A model generated the notes under the pieces. The model saw only the letters and a program-made list of their open reading frames with translations, was not told where the DNA came from and did no database searches. From an uncultured Nitrospiraceae bacterium (GTDB lineage Bacteria; Nitrospirota; Thermodesulfovibrionia; Thermodesulfovibrionales; SM23-35): DNA of 64,000 bases. The position numbers and the translations under genes are program-made. This document shows positions 28,230-37,863 of this stretch, piece after piece. Numbering within the stretch: position 1 is the first letter of the stretch; each line of letters starts with the position of its first letter. The stretch lies in contig CAVSHB010000001.1 of the NCBI GenBank assembly GCA_963727775.1, positions 736,001-800,000 of the forward strand. Reading direction: 5' to 3'.

Positions 28230-30137
28230 GTGTTGTATATGCCTCGGGATAACGGCAACGGGACTGCGGGTTCAAAACTGGCAAAGGCAGCGGAAATATT
28301 CTTGACCGGGACTGTCGGCGGGTCTATGGACAATTATGAGATAAGGCCTTCACAGATGGAATTGATGAACGCCTGCTCACGTACGATTGAAGAAGGCGGG
28401 AAACTGATGGCAGAGGCCGGTACAGGCACGGGGAAGACATTTGCTTACCTCGTCCCGATTATTATCTCAGGCAAAAAGTCTATCGTGTCTACAAAAACGA
28501 TCAACCTCCAGGAGCAGATCATAACCAAAGACTTGAGCTTTTTGTCAGGCTTGAAAGACTTCTCTTATGCGATAGCGAAGGGCAGGGGTAACTATCTCTG
28601 CCTCAGGCGTCTTAATGCCTTTAGGTCTGAAGATCGCGAGGAAGCCGAAGAATGCAGGAATATGGTGATCTGGGCGTCCGAAACCGATGCAGGAGATATT
28701 GAAGACCTTAATGCGAAGAATGTCCGTATATGGAGCAGGATAAGTTCCGATCCGGATGCGTGTAAAGGAATGCAGTGTAGTTATTACAGGCAGTGTTTTT
28801 ATTTCAAAGCGAGGCAGAAATGGGAAAGGTCCCAAATAATTGTAGCCAATCACTCTTTGGTCGGAATAAACAGCGCGCTCACAGAAAAATCAAAGATATT
28901 GCCCGAGGCGGAGGTCCTGATAATAGATGAAGCGCATACATTGGACCACGTCCTTTCAGAAGTAATCGGAAACACTTTGTCAAACAAAGGGTTTGAAAGC
29001 ATATTGAACAAGTTGCTGAGAATTGATGAACGCGGTATTTACAAGGGGCTGCTTTCAAAGTCACCCAACCTGTTTACCGCAATCGAATCTATCAGGTCGG
29101 AGATGAGACTGTTTTGGACAACCGTAAAAAATGAATTCAAAGGCAGGGACAAATATACGGTAAAGGGTCTTTTTAAATATTCGGAAACAGCGGCCGGGCT
29201 CTCGGAAGCAACAGAAGCATTGATTACCGACATAAACACATCAGTAAAAGGACTTTTCAAAGAGGATGAAGAGGTTGAATTAATTGCAGCTATAATAAAA
29301 CTTAAGGCGTTTTCAGAGGGGCTTGGAGAGTTTGTGCATGGGTTGGACGGACATGTGAGATGGATCGAAATAGAGAAAGAAAAAATCGCCCTCCGCATGC
29401 TGCCTGTATATCCCAGAGATTTTGTTCTTAACAGTATTGTGCCGGCGTATAAGTCCATCATACTTACTTCCGCGACGCTTTCTGTTTCAGGGGATTTCAG
29501 CTTTCTTTCAAATGTGATTGGTTTAAGGGAGGCCGATAAAGTGACCCTGCCGTCGCCCTTTGATCTCAGGGACCAGGTTACGATCGAAGTCAAGAATGGT
29601 ATAGACCTTAAGAATGAGGATGGAGTCGAAAAGCTCGCCGGAGTGATACTTGATGAAGCATCAAAAAAAGACGGGGGAATGCTTGTCCTATTTACGTCCA
29701 GAGAAGTGATGAAAAAGACATGGGACATCTGTTATGAAGATTTAAAAGATATGGACCTTAACCCCATGATTCAAGGGGAACTGCCAAATAAAGCCATGCT
29801 TCGGACTATGCGAGGAAGTGAGAATAGTATTATTTTCGGACTGGATTCGTTCTGGGAAGGCGTTGATGTTAGAGGGGATTCTCTTAAATGCCTGATAATC
29901 ACGAAATTGCCGTTCGAAGTCCCGACCGAGCCGATAGTTATGGCAAGAACAGAGATAATCGAGAGGGAAGGCGGCTCCCCGTTTTACGAATATAGTCTTC
30001 CCCGTGCCGTGCTGAAATTCAAACAGGGATTCGGAAGATTGATAAGGTCCAAAACCGACAGAGGTAGGATTGTTATCTGCGATGATAGGATCGATACAAA
30101 GACATACGGGCATGTATTCAGGAAAAGCCTTTTGTAA
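28230..30137 (+). CDS. DinG/YoaA-family ATP-dependent DNA helicase
   Basis: EAGTGTGKT, KGRGNYLC with Fe-S cysteines, IIDEAH, TSATL, FWEGVDV, QGFGRLIR. Confidence 0.93.
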   Translation: MLYMPRDNGNGTAGSKLAKAAEIFLTGTVGGSMDNYEIRPSQMELMNACSRTIEEGGKLMAEAGTGTGKTFAYLVPIIISGKKSIVSTKTINLQEQIITKDLSFLSGLKDFSYAIAKGRGNYLCLRRLNAFRSEDREEAEECRNMVIWASETDAGDIEDLNAKNVRIWSRISSDPDACKGMQCSYYRQCFYFKARQKWERSQIIVANHSLVGINSALTEKSKILPEAEVLIIDEAHTLDHVLSEVIGNTLSNKGFESILNKLLRIDERGIYKGLLSKSPNLFTAIESIRSEMRLFWTTVKNEFKGRDKYTVKGLFKYSETAAGLSEATEALITDINTSVKGLFKEDEEVELIAAIIKLKAFSEGLGEFVHGLDGHVRWIEIEKEKIALRMLPVYPRDFVLNSIVPAYKSIILTSATLSVSGDFSFLSNVIGLREADKVTLPSPFDLRDQVTIEVKNGIDLKNEDGVEKLAGVILDEASKKDGGMLVLFTSREVMKKTWDICYEDLKDMDLNPMIQGELPNKAMLRTMRGSENSIIFGLDSFWEGVDVRGDSLKCLIITKLPFEVPTEPIVMARTEIIEREGGSPFYEYSLPRAVLKFKQGFGRLIRSKTDRGRIVICDDRIDTKTYGHVFRKSLL

Positions 30138-30237
30138 ATGACATTGATCTCCGCCTGTTGTCCTGATAGAATCTGTAATTATGGAATATAGAGCTATGTT
30201 TTTTGCGGTTCCTTATCAAGGTATTCAACCATAAAAT

Positions 30238-31686
30238 ATGGCGGGTTATGATTTTGATATAGGGGTTTTGGGAGGAGGCGCAGCGGGGCTCACCATCGCA
30301 TCAGGGGCTTCACAGTTCGGCGCAAAGACCCTCCTCATCGAAAAGGAGAATGAACTGGGCGGAGACTGTCTCCATTTCGGCTGCGTCCCGAGCAAGACGC
30401 TTATCCGGACTGCGAATATTTATCACCTCATGAGGAATGCCGGAAAATATGGTCTTCCCCGCGTTGACCTCAAGCCTGTCGATTATCAGGAAGTAACAAG
30501 AAGAATACGGTCGGTCATAAGCGTTATACAGGAGCATGATTCAAAGGAGAGATTTTGTTCGCTCGGCGCAAGGGTCGAATTCGGCAATGCCGAATTTATT
30601 GACGAGCATTCCGTCCGCTTGAACGGAGAAATATATTCCGCCAAAAATTGGGTCATTTCCACGGGTTCTTCACCGTTTATCCCTCCGATAGAAGGAATTG
30701 ATAAAACACCTTACATCACCAATAAAGAAATCTTTTCGCTGGACAGACTGCCGGTATCCATGGTCTGTATCGGCGGCGGCCCCATCTCGATCGAGATGGC
30801 ACAGGCATTTGCCCGTCTGGGCACTAAGGTGACTGTGGTTGAGCTCGCCAACCAAATCCTCGGGGCCGAGGACAAAGATATGGCCGACCAGCTCATGAAT
30901 GTCCTTATTTCTGAGGGTATAACATTCCATTTGAATGCTGCTACCCTCAATGTGAAAGACCTTGGAAATGAAAAAGAGGTTGTTATCAAAAATAGTGAAG
31001 GCAACGTTGTGAATCTCAAGGCGGAGACCATCCTTGTTGCAGTCGGCAGGCAAGCAAACCTGAAAGGCCTCGGGCTTGAAAACATTTCAGTCGAATTCGA
31101 TAAGAAAGGCTTAAAGCTGGACAGGCGGCTCAGGACAAACCATAAGCATATCTATGCTGCCGGAGACGTAACAGGAACTTATCAATTTACCCATGCCGCA
31201 GGATATGAGGGCGGCATTGTACTTAGCAATGCGATCCTCCGACTGCCGAGGAAAGTGGACTACACAAATCTTCCTTGGTGCACTTATACAACGCCAGAGC
31301 TCGCAAGCATAGGGTTGAACGAAAAACGGGCCGCTGCAGCGGGTATCCGTTATTCTGTCTGGACAGAGGAGTTTAAAGCCAATGACAGAAGCCTTGCGGA
31401 AGGAGAAGAAGAAGGTAAAGTTAAACTTCTACTCGATGACAAAGAAAAACCCATAGGCATTCAGATTCTCGGTCCGAGCGCCGGAGAATTAATCAGCGAG
31501 TGGGTTGCCGTTATGAATGGCGGGGTCAAACTCTCGACTCTTGCATCGTCCGTTCATTCATATCCTACTCTCGCTGAGATCAATAAAAAGGTTGCGGGGA
31601 ATTTCTTTTCCGGCAAGATTTTTTCTAAAAAAGTAAAAAAAGCGCTGAGATTTTTCTTCAACCTTAAAGGTCGAGCATGCGGATAA
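30238..31686 (+). CDS. Pyridine nucleotide-disulfide oxidoreductase (dihydrolipoyl dehydrogenase/MerA-like, without the MerA CC tail)
   Basis: GGGAAG, GGDCLHFGCVPSK, GGGPI..E, YAAGDV, H.YPTLAE. Confidence 0.9.
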   Translation: MAGYDFDIGVLGGGAAGLTIASGASQFGAKTLLIEKENELGGDCLHFGCVPSKTLIRTANIYHLMRNAGKYGLPRVDLKPVDYQEVTRRIRSVISVIQEHDSKERFCSLGARVEFGNAEFIDEHSVRLNGEIYSAKNWVISTGSSPFIPPIEGIDKTPYITNKEIFSLDRLPVSMVCIGGGPISIEMAQAFARLGTKVTVVELANQILGAEDKDMADQLMNVLISEGITFHLNAATLNVKDLGNEKEVVIKNSEGNVVNLKAETILVAVGRQANLKGLGLENISVEFDKKGLKLDRRLRTNHKHIYAAGDVTGTYQFTHAAGYEGGIVLSNAILRLPRKVDYTNLPWCTYTTPELASIGLNEKRAAAAGIRYSVWTEEFKANDRSLAEGEEEGKVKLLLDDKEKPIGIQILGPSAGELISEWVAVMNGGVKLSTLASSVHSYPTLAEINKKVAGNFFSGKIFSKKVKKALRFFFNLKGRACG

Positions 31687-31772
31687 GTGAAGTCTGTTTT
31701 ATTGACTCGACCACGTTCTGTTTTCCCGTCACCCAATCCCCGGTCGGCTGGATGAATTCGTTAGCCCCTCTC

Positions 31773-32096
31773 TTAATAAATGTCTAATTGTATCTTAATG
31801 GCCTCACCTATCCTGAGCATATCTTCTTCTGAAAGTACGCCTGCACGTTTGAATAAGCGCAACTTGCTTACAGTAGCAAGTTGATCAGCCATGGCCTTGC
31901 TTTCATTGCCGTTAAATATGACAAGTGCTTCACTAGGATACAGACGATCTGTCTTACTGGTTAGAGGAACAACCTGAACTCGATTGAGGAACTTGTTTGA
32001 TGCATCGTTGCTAACTATTACGGCAGGACGTTTTTTCCTGATCTCTCCGCCGACCGAGGGATCAAAATTAACCCACCAGACCTCACCTCTTTTCAT
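31773..32096 (-). CDS. PemK/MazF family toxin
   Basis: [44 protein letters not shown]. Confidence 0.95.
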   Translation of the reverse strand: MKRGEVWWVNFDPSVGGEIRKKRPAVIVSNDASNKFLNRVQVVPLTSKTDRLYPSEALVIFNGNESKAMADQLATVSKLRLFKRAGVLSEEDMLRIGEAIKIQLDIY

Positions 32097-32313
32097 GCGC
32101 TATGTCCTTGAGAGTTGTCTCGGCCCAATCCAGGGCTTCTGCTTCTCGTTTTTTGTCCTTTGCCATTTGGGAGTATGCCAATTCAAGATTTGGGCGAACT
32201 ACGTGCGGGCGAACCAATTCCTCAACAAATTTGCTGATTTTGCGGGGGCCAATTGTCTTATGAAGTCCCGCATAGACTTCCTCATCTATAGTTATGGTCA
32301 ATTTTTTTTGCAT
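32083..32313 (-). CDS. Antitoxin (RHH-like) of the MazF module
   Basis: 76 aa; overlaps the toxin start; [15 protein letters not shown]-terminus, Y.QMA.D..RE.EA..W tail. Confidence 0.85.
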   Translation of the reverse strand: MQKKLTITIDEEVYAGLHKTIGPRKISKFVEELVRPHVVRPNLELAYSQMAKDKKREAEALDWAETTLKDIAHEKR

Positions 32314-32441
32314 TGAAATCCTCCTTTCATTATACGTGTAGTATACGTATTACTATCAAATCATGTCAATGTTTATAGTAGTTTCTATTCTGGGGCTAAC
32401 GCAGAAATAAGGCGCGGGTGAACAGCCATAGCAAAATTATT

Positions 32442-32539
32442 TAAATAGGGACACATCCCATATCTTCTGTTACTATTCTTTTCCCTTATTCTACAAGAGT
32501 GGCTCAACATGCTCCGAAATAGGGATGTGTCCCTATTTA
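32442..32539. repeat. 98-bp MITE/REP-like element inside the attC site
   Basis: Perfect 18-bp IR TAAATAGGGACACATCCC / GGGATGTGTCCCTATTTA. Confidence 0.7.
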
Positions 32540-32599
32540 CTCCCTATTTACTCATTCCGCGTCTGGTTGAAGGCGGTGTTATGCATTGTATCGCCTTTT

Positions 32600-33175
32600 T
32601 TATGCGTCGTATTTCACGGTTGTGATTATTTTACTGAAAGCATCGGCCTTTCTTGCTAATTCTTCATATAATGGCTGAAATACTATTAACCATTTGGAGC
32701 CATCGGTATCGCCGGTTTTATATTGTTCTTTGTGGCCTTCGATGATTTCATTTAATTTGTCCCTTATATTAAGTATTTCCTTGAACGCTGGCTTAATTGA
32801 TGGGAAATATAAGTCTATCAGCATCATTATCCGGTGTGGCTCGAAGTCTCTTTGAGAGCTATTTTTTAGTGCCATGTCAAGTGCCTGATCATAAGATATT
32901 TGTTGCATCATCAAAGCACGATAAGGCACATAACGGGCCACCTGCATATCTAGAAATTTATTGGATAGCACGTAGAGTTCCTCCAAGCGATCCCGCAGAT
33001 GTTCTTCGTTTCTCTTTCTTCTTTCCTCATCTAATCGGATTTTTAATCTCTGGAAATTAGCTCGGTTGGTCAGCCATACTCCTAATAATGTCAATGCAGA
33101 CGTGAATATCGCAGTTATTAAGATAATCCATGCTTGTGAGGGTATACTTTGAAGAAGGGCAATAAAGTCTTTCAT
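32600..33175 (-). CDS. Hypothetical membrane-anchored protein (cassette cargo)
   Basis: N-terminal TM helix followed by a coiled segment; AT-richer than its neighbours. Confidence 0.75.
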   Translation of the reverse strand: MKDFIALLQSIPSQAWIILITAIFTSALTLLGVWLTNRANFQRLKIRLDEERRKRNEEHLRDRLEELYVLSNKFLDMQVARYVPYRALMMQQISYDQALDMALKNSSQRDFEPHRIMMLIDLYFPSIKPAFKEILNIRDKLNEIIEGHKEQYKTGDTDGSKWLIVFQPLYEELARKADAFSKIITTVKYDA

Positions 33176-33416
33176 ATTATTTTTCCATTAATTGCATAAC
33201 AATCTTATTAACTGGTTTCTCGGTATCATACGCAACGCCTGAAAATAATGCAATAAAGTTGACAACTTTTTAGGCACCGGGTTTTTGTCGCTGCGATGTT
33301 CTGCCCACTGCACTCTCTAATCTCTCCATTTTCAAAGTGTCTACCATTTCAATCTTTCTTCATTTCATAAAATCAAAAGAAATATTAAAATAACAACATA
33401 GAAGGAGGGGATTATT

Positions 33417-33749
33417 ATGACTGAATATTACAAAGACGAAGACCTGAGCAGATTTGGTGAAATAGGAAAATACAAGCCGGACCTGTTCAGAAAGTTTATG
33501 GACTGGTATAACTCTTCATTGGAGGCCGGTGTTCTGAGCAAAAGGGAAAAGGCTCTTATAGGACTTGCAGTGGCGCATGTTGTCCAGTGCCCGTACTGCA
33601 TAGACTCATATTCGAAAAGCTGTCTTGAGGAAGGGATGAGCCTTGAACATATTACAGAGGCTATTCACGTAGCTTCTGCTGTTAGGGGTGGGGCCTCGCT
33701 TATACACGGCATTCAGGCCCATAATGTTGTAGATAAAATATCTCTGTAA
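33417..33749 (+). CDS. AhpD/CMD-family peroxidase-like protein (arsenosugar-cluster associated)
   Basis: REKALIGLAVAH..QCPYCID, EA.HVA...GGASL.HG; directly upstream of arsS. Confidence 0.88.
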   Translation: MTEYYKDEDLSRFGEIGKYKPDLFRKFMDWYNSSLEAGVLSKREKALIGLAVAHVVQCPYCIDSYSKSCLEEGMSLEHITEAIHVASAVRGGASLIHGIQAHNVVDKISL

Positions 33750-33759
33750 ATCCGGAGCC

Positions 33760-34740
33760 ATGGAATTCAAAGATAAAATAATGAGCATTAGCCCGAAACA
33801 ATTGGTTGCAAGTGAGGTCAAGATACTTCAGGTAAACCTCGGTTACAGATGTAATATGGCCTGTAAACACTGTCATATCAAAGCAGGGCCTGACAGGAAT
33901 GAGGAGATGGACGCAAAGACCATCGAAATGGTGCTCGATGTCCTGAGAGAGAACGATATCGGGACTCTCGACATTACCGGTGGGGCCCCCGAATTAAACC
34001 CTTATTTCAGATACCTTGTTACAGAGGCGGGGAAGATCGGTTCTCATATCATCGTCCGCAGTAATCTGACCGTTTTTTTTGAAGAAGGGCTGAGAGACCT
34101 GCCGGAATTTTATGCGGACAACTCTGTCGAGGTTACCGCTTCCCTTCCATATTATCTCGAAAATGACGTTGATAGAGTGAGAGGCAAGGGCAGCTTTCAA
34201 AAATGTGTAAATGCGCTTCATTTATTAAATCGCCTTGGCTATGCAGACGGTTCATTCGGCAGGAAACTCAATCTCGTTTACAATCCTCCGGGCGCCTTTT
34301 TAGCGCCCGAGCAGAAAACACTCGAGGAGGATTACCAAAGAGAACTGCGTGGGAGATACGGTATTACCTTTGATAAGCTTTATACGTTTTCAAATATGCC
34401 TATAGGCCGTTTTAGAGAATATCTGGTCCGCAGCAATAACCTCGAAGGATATATGAAAAAGCTGATTGCATCTTTTAACCCCGTCACTATCGACGGCTTA
34501 ATGTGCAGATATTTGATAAGTGTCGGCTGGGACGGAATGCTTTACGACTGCGACTTTAATCAGATTCTCGGCCTCAATCTCAGCAGCGGTCTGCCGTGCC
34601 ATATTAAAGACTTCGATTATTCAGGGCTTTCCCATAGGGAGATAATCGTCGGCGAACACTGCTATGGCTGCACAGCCGGCCAGGGTTCGTCCTGAGCGGG
34701 TGCAATCAATGAGCAGGCGGGCGCCTGCTATAAGAAATAA
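33760..34740 (+). CDS. arsS: Arsenosugar biosynthesis radical SAM (seleno)protein; probable Sec at TGA 34693-34695
   Basis: QVNLG..CNMACKHC, DITGGAPE, LMCR..ISVGWDG.LYDCDFN, HCYGCTAGQGSS-TGA-AGA...; hairpin AGCAGGC-GGGC-GCCTGCT at 34712-34729. Confidence 0.85.
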
Positions 34741-34767
34741 GATTTTTGCTTGACATGAAAATATAAT

Positions 34768-35640
34768 TTGCCTATTAAAAAAGTTGATGGCGGGGTAATA
34801 CTTGCTCTGCTGTCTGTATACATAATCTGGGGTTCAACCTATCTGGCTATTCGCATAGCACTGGAAGGATTCCCTCCGTTTTTTATGGCGGGTGTAAGAT
34901 TTTTGTGCGCGGGCTGTATGCTTTACATCTTCCTGAGAGCCAAAGGCGAGCCATTACCGACACTGCCTCAGGTGACTGGTGCCTCTATTGTCGGAGGGTT
35001 CCTGCTGCTGGTAGGCAACGGCGGAGTTGTATTTGCCGAACAGACTGTCGCGACCGGCCTTACTGCGCTGGCAATTGCTACTGTGCCGCTCTGGACAGTG
35101 CTTTTTTCAGGCATATGGAGACGATGGCCGGGACGTTTTGAATGGGCGGGTCTTGTCCTTGGATTAGCCGGTATCGTGCTCTTAAACCTGGAAGGGGACC
35201 TGAAGGCAAGCCCGGCCGGAGCGGTTGCTCTGATTATCGCAGCCGCGAGCTGGGCTTTCGGCTCTGCGTGGAGCGGAAATCTGCCGCTCCCCAAAGGTCT
35301 GATGGCCAGCGCCGTTGAGATGACGGCAGGAGGTTTGCTGCTGATCGTTGCAAGCCTTGTTATAGGAGAAAAGATAGATGTATTGCCTTCAACGCGCGCG
35401 GTAACGGCATTAACCTATCTGATTGTCTTCGGCTCGTTGGTAGGGTTCAGTTCATATGTATATCTTCTCAATAAGGTGAGACCTGCATTGGCGACGAGTT
35501 ATGCCTATGTTAATCCTGTTATCGCGGTTATATTGGGCATATGGTTTGCCGGCGAAAGGATAACCGGAACAGGAGTCTTGGCCATGACGGTCATACTGGC
35601 GGGGGTTGTGCTCGTGCTGATGGGGCAGAGAAAAAGGTAG
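34768..35640 (+). CDS. yedA: DMT/EamA family exporter, YedA-like
   Basis: VYIIWGSTYLAIR, ten TM segments, LATSYAYVNPVIAV.LG. Confidence 0.85.
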   Translation: MPIKKVDGGVILALLSVYIIWGSTYLAIRIALEGFPPFFMAGVRFLCAGCMLYIFLRAKGEPLPTLPQVTGASIVGGFLLLVGNGGVVFAEQTVATGLTALAIATVPLWTVLFSGIWRRWPGRFEWAGLVLGLAGIVLLNLEGDLKASPAGAVALIIAAASWAFGSAWSGNLPLPKGLMASAVEMTAGGLLLIVASLVIGEKIDVLPSTRAVTALTYLIVFGSLVGFSSYVYLLNKVRPALATSYAYVNPVIAVILGIWFAGERITGTGVLAMTVILAGVVLVLMGQRKR

Positions 35641-35740
35641 CTTTTCACCGTTCATCTTAATAGCTCCTTTTCAATCCATATTACCATACAATACAATGCG
35701 AAATACCTTTAGCCCACTTAATCCAAAAGAATTTGCGGGT

Positions 35741-35851
35741 GCCTACAGATACAGTATTTAAGCGGTTTTAAATTCTTTCAAAGAAAGAATTTACCTCGGA
35801 GGCCCGATCTGTACCGGGCCGAGAATGAACGCAAATACTGTATCTGTCGGT
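35741..35851. repeat. 111-bp MITE-like repeat, copy 1
   Basis: Terminal IR GCC(T/G)ACAGATACAGTATTT / AAATACTGTATCTGTCGG; near-identical inverted copy at 46400-46510. Confidence 0.85.
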
Positions 35852-35886
35852 AATCATATGAATAGGCCCACTGCGTTTTGCGGATA

Positions 35887-36918
35887 TTAAAGGTTGTTAA
35901 TTGCGTCTATGAAACGTCGCAGCCTTCCAAAGTCTTTGCGGTTGAAGTCCACTATGATGCGTGGTAGATGGGCAATCTCCGGCTCGTCGGCTTCCGCAGG
36001 TAAAGGCCCTGATAAATATATGCTTCCTCCAGGTATCAGGATATCTTGAAAACGGGCTTTCAGTTCTTCGACTGACCGGGGACCAATATCCGATGTGAGG
36101 CGGATGACCATCTTGTCTTCAACATATCGCAGGCTATGATATCGGTGGTAGAAACGACTGATCTTCTCCACTACGGCGTCCACGGAATCGACTCGTTCGA
36201 ACAGGTAAAAATCGGATGAGCTGATATAACCCTGATTCATAAGTTCTTCTTCAAAAAACTTGAGCCACTGCAGCCAATAGGTCCCCCCTGGTTCGTCCAC
36301 GAGCACCAATGGCAGGGGATCGCGTTTCCCGGTCTGTAAAAGTGTAAGAGTTTCCATTGCCTCATCCAATGTGCCGAATCCGCCCGGGAAAAGCACAATG
36401 GAGTCAGCCTCCTTGAGAAAGGCGACTTTTCTATTGAAAAAATATTTATACATAATAAGGCGGGGATTTCCATCGACTACGGGGTTGGGCTTCTGCTCAT
36501 GCGGAAGTCTGATGTTAACAGCGAAGGAATGTTCCGAACCGGCGCCCTCATTAATTGCCTGCATGATACCGCCTCCGCCGCCGGTGATCACCATACAGCC
36601 TGCTTCGGCAAGTTTACGGCCCAGAAGGCGGGCCATCTTATAAACCGGCTCCTCAGGCTGTGTTCTTGCCGATCCGAAGACAGTAACTTTCTTTACGCTG
36701 TGGTAAGGGCCGAACACTTTAGAAGTAAACCGCATTTCCTTTAGTGTGCTGTTCATAAGCTTGAGGTCTGCTTTTTCCGCGTCTTCCTGCCCGGCCTTCA
36801 GTGCAGCCAGTACCATTTCCCGGACAAGTTCCGGGCAACAGATATGGCCTGCAAGCTCCATTAATAGATCGATCGCATCATCTACAGGGCCATTGGATCT
36901 GTTAAAGTGAAGTTCCAT
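35887..36918 (-). CDS. LOG family (TIGR00730-like) nucleotide-binding protein
   Basis: VTVFGSART, ITGGGGGIM, YFFNRK, FPGGFGTLDE. Confidence 0.92.
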   Translation of the reverse strand: MELHFNRSNGPVDDAIDLLMELAGHICCPELVREMVLAALKAGQEDAEKADLKLMNSTLKEMRFTSKVFGPYHSVKKVTVFGSARTQPEEPVYKMARLLGRKLAEAGCMVITGGGGGIMQAINEGAGSEHSFAVNIRLPHEQKPNPVVDGNPRLIMYKYFFNRKVAFLKEADSIVLFPGGFGTLDEAMETLTLLQTGKRDPLPLVLVDEPGGTYWLQWLKFFEEELMNQGYISSSDFYLFERVDSVDAVVEKISRFYHRYHSLRYVEDKMVIRLTSDIGPRSVEELKARFQDILIPGGSIYLSGPLPAEADEPEIAHLPRIIVDFNRKDFGRLRRFIDAINNL

Positions 36919-36935
36919 GTTAAGAAAAAGAACAA

Positions 36936-37571
36936 TCAGGCAGAAAGTTCATCCTGAAATTTCCGGACAAATTTTCTTGAAAGATCGGAAATAGAGGCCC
37001 AGTCTTCATAGGTCACAAGTTCTTTCCTTAATATAGAGGACCCGACCAGTATGCACGAGGGTTTGGCTGCAATGTATTTAGAGGCATTGTCCAGGGTAAC
37101 ACCCCCGCAAAGCATATATTTTATGAAGGGCAGCGGGCCTCTGATGACCTTGAGAAAATCAAGTCCGCCGATCTCGACAAACGGGAAAAGCTTTATGATA
37201 TCTCCCCCCGCTTTGTATGCTCTATATATCTCAGTCGGAGTGCACGCGCCGGGAATGGCTATAAGTCCCTCTTTTTTTGTGAACCTTACAATCTCTTCAT
37301 CGAGATTGGGACTGACAATATATGAGGCCCCGGCTGTAACGGCCTTTTTTGCATCCGCTATATTGAGGACTGTGCCGGCGCCGATCATGGCGCCCGTTTC
37401 ACCGGTCAATTTCTTGATTACTTCCTCTGCTCCCGGCACGGAAAAGGTGATTTCCAAAAGATGGACACCACCGTGTATGCAGGCTATGGCGGCTTTATAG
37501 GCCTTTTCAGGCGTATCGGTGCGAACAGCGACCATCAGTTTGTGGTGTTCGATTGTTTCAATAAGAGTCAT
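36936..37571 (-). CDS. eda: KHG/KDPG aldolase family protein
   Basis: LEIT, IGAGTVL, YIVSP, PG..TPTEI, KLFP, GGV; real start ATG 37571. Confidence 0.88.
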   Translation of the reverse strand: MTLIETIEHHKLMVAVRTDTPEKAYKAAIACIHGGVHLLEITFSVPGAEEVIKKLTGETGAMIGAGTVLNIADAKKAVTAGASYIVSPNLDEEIVRFTKKEGLIAIPGACTPTEIYRAYKAGGDIIKLFPFVEIGGLDFLKVIRGPLPFIKYMLCGGVTLDNASKYIAAKPSCILVGSSILRKELVTYEDWASISDLSRKFVRKFQDELSA

Positions 37572-37647
37572 TTCAGTAGATATTTTTTCCGTCGGTATTC
37601 GTGAAAGAATGCTCAAAGCTTTCGAAACACACAGTAACCGGAAGCGC

Positions 37648-37830
37648 CTATGCCAGGCAGTCTTCCCTCCAGATGCAATTGACTTGATCGCATACACCGG
37701 AGATGGCGGTCCCAAAACAGTCAAAATTTCCTTCAGCCCTTTGGATGGACCTGATTATGTTCTCCTTTTTCATATTACCGACTTTTATGCCGTTGCTCTT
37801 TGCAATATCTTTTATCTTCTTGATAGTCAT
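37648..37830 (-). CDS. Small SAP/Rho-N-like domain protein with Cys-rich tail
   Basis: IK.IAK..GIK...MKK...IR.IQ.AEGNFDCF.T....CDQ..C.WR.DC; SD AGGAGG. Confidence 0.85.
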   Translation of the reverse strand: MTIKKIKDIAKSNGIKVGNMKKENIIRSIQRAEGNFDCFGTAISGVCDQVNCIWREDCLA

Positions 37831-37863
37831 TTGCTTCCTCCTTCTTATACATTATATAGCAGA

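Larger units (their letters stand above)
31760..32400 (-). mobile_element. Integron-type gene cassette carrying a toxin-antitoxin pair
   Basis: On the minus strand it starts GTTAGCCCC (32400-32392) and ends GGGGCTAAC-GAATT-CATCCAGCCGAC (from 31768), i.e. complementary attC R'/R'' boxes plus an L'' box. Confidence 0.7.
32401..33200 (-). mobile_element. Integron-type gene cassette with a hypothetical gene
   Basis: On the minus strand it starts GTTATGCA (33200-33193); after the stop comes TGCATAAC-ACCGC-CTTCAACC-AGACGCGG (from 32585), an attC left half. Confidence 0.65.

Noticed and set aside
30238..31686. Mercuric reductase merA
   Set aside because: No C-terminal Cys-Cys pair, no NmerA domain and no mer operon genes
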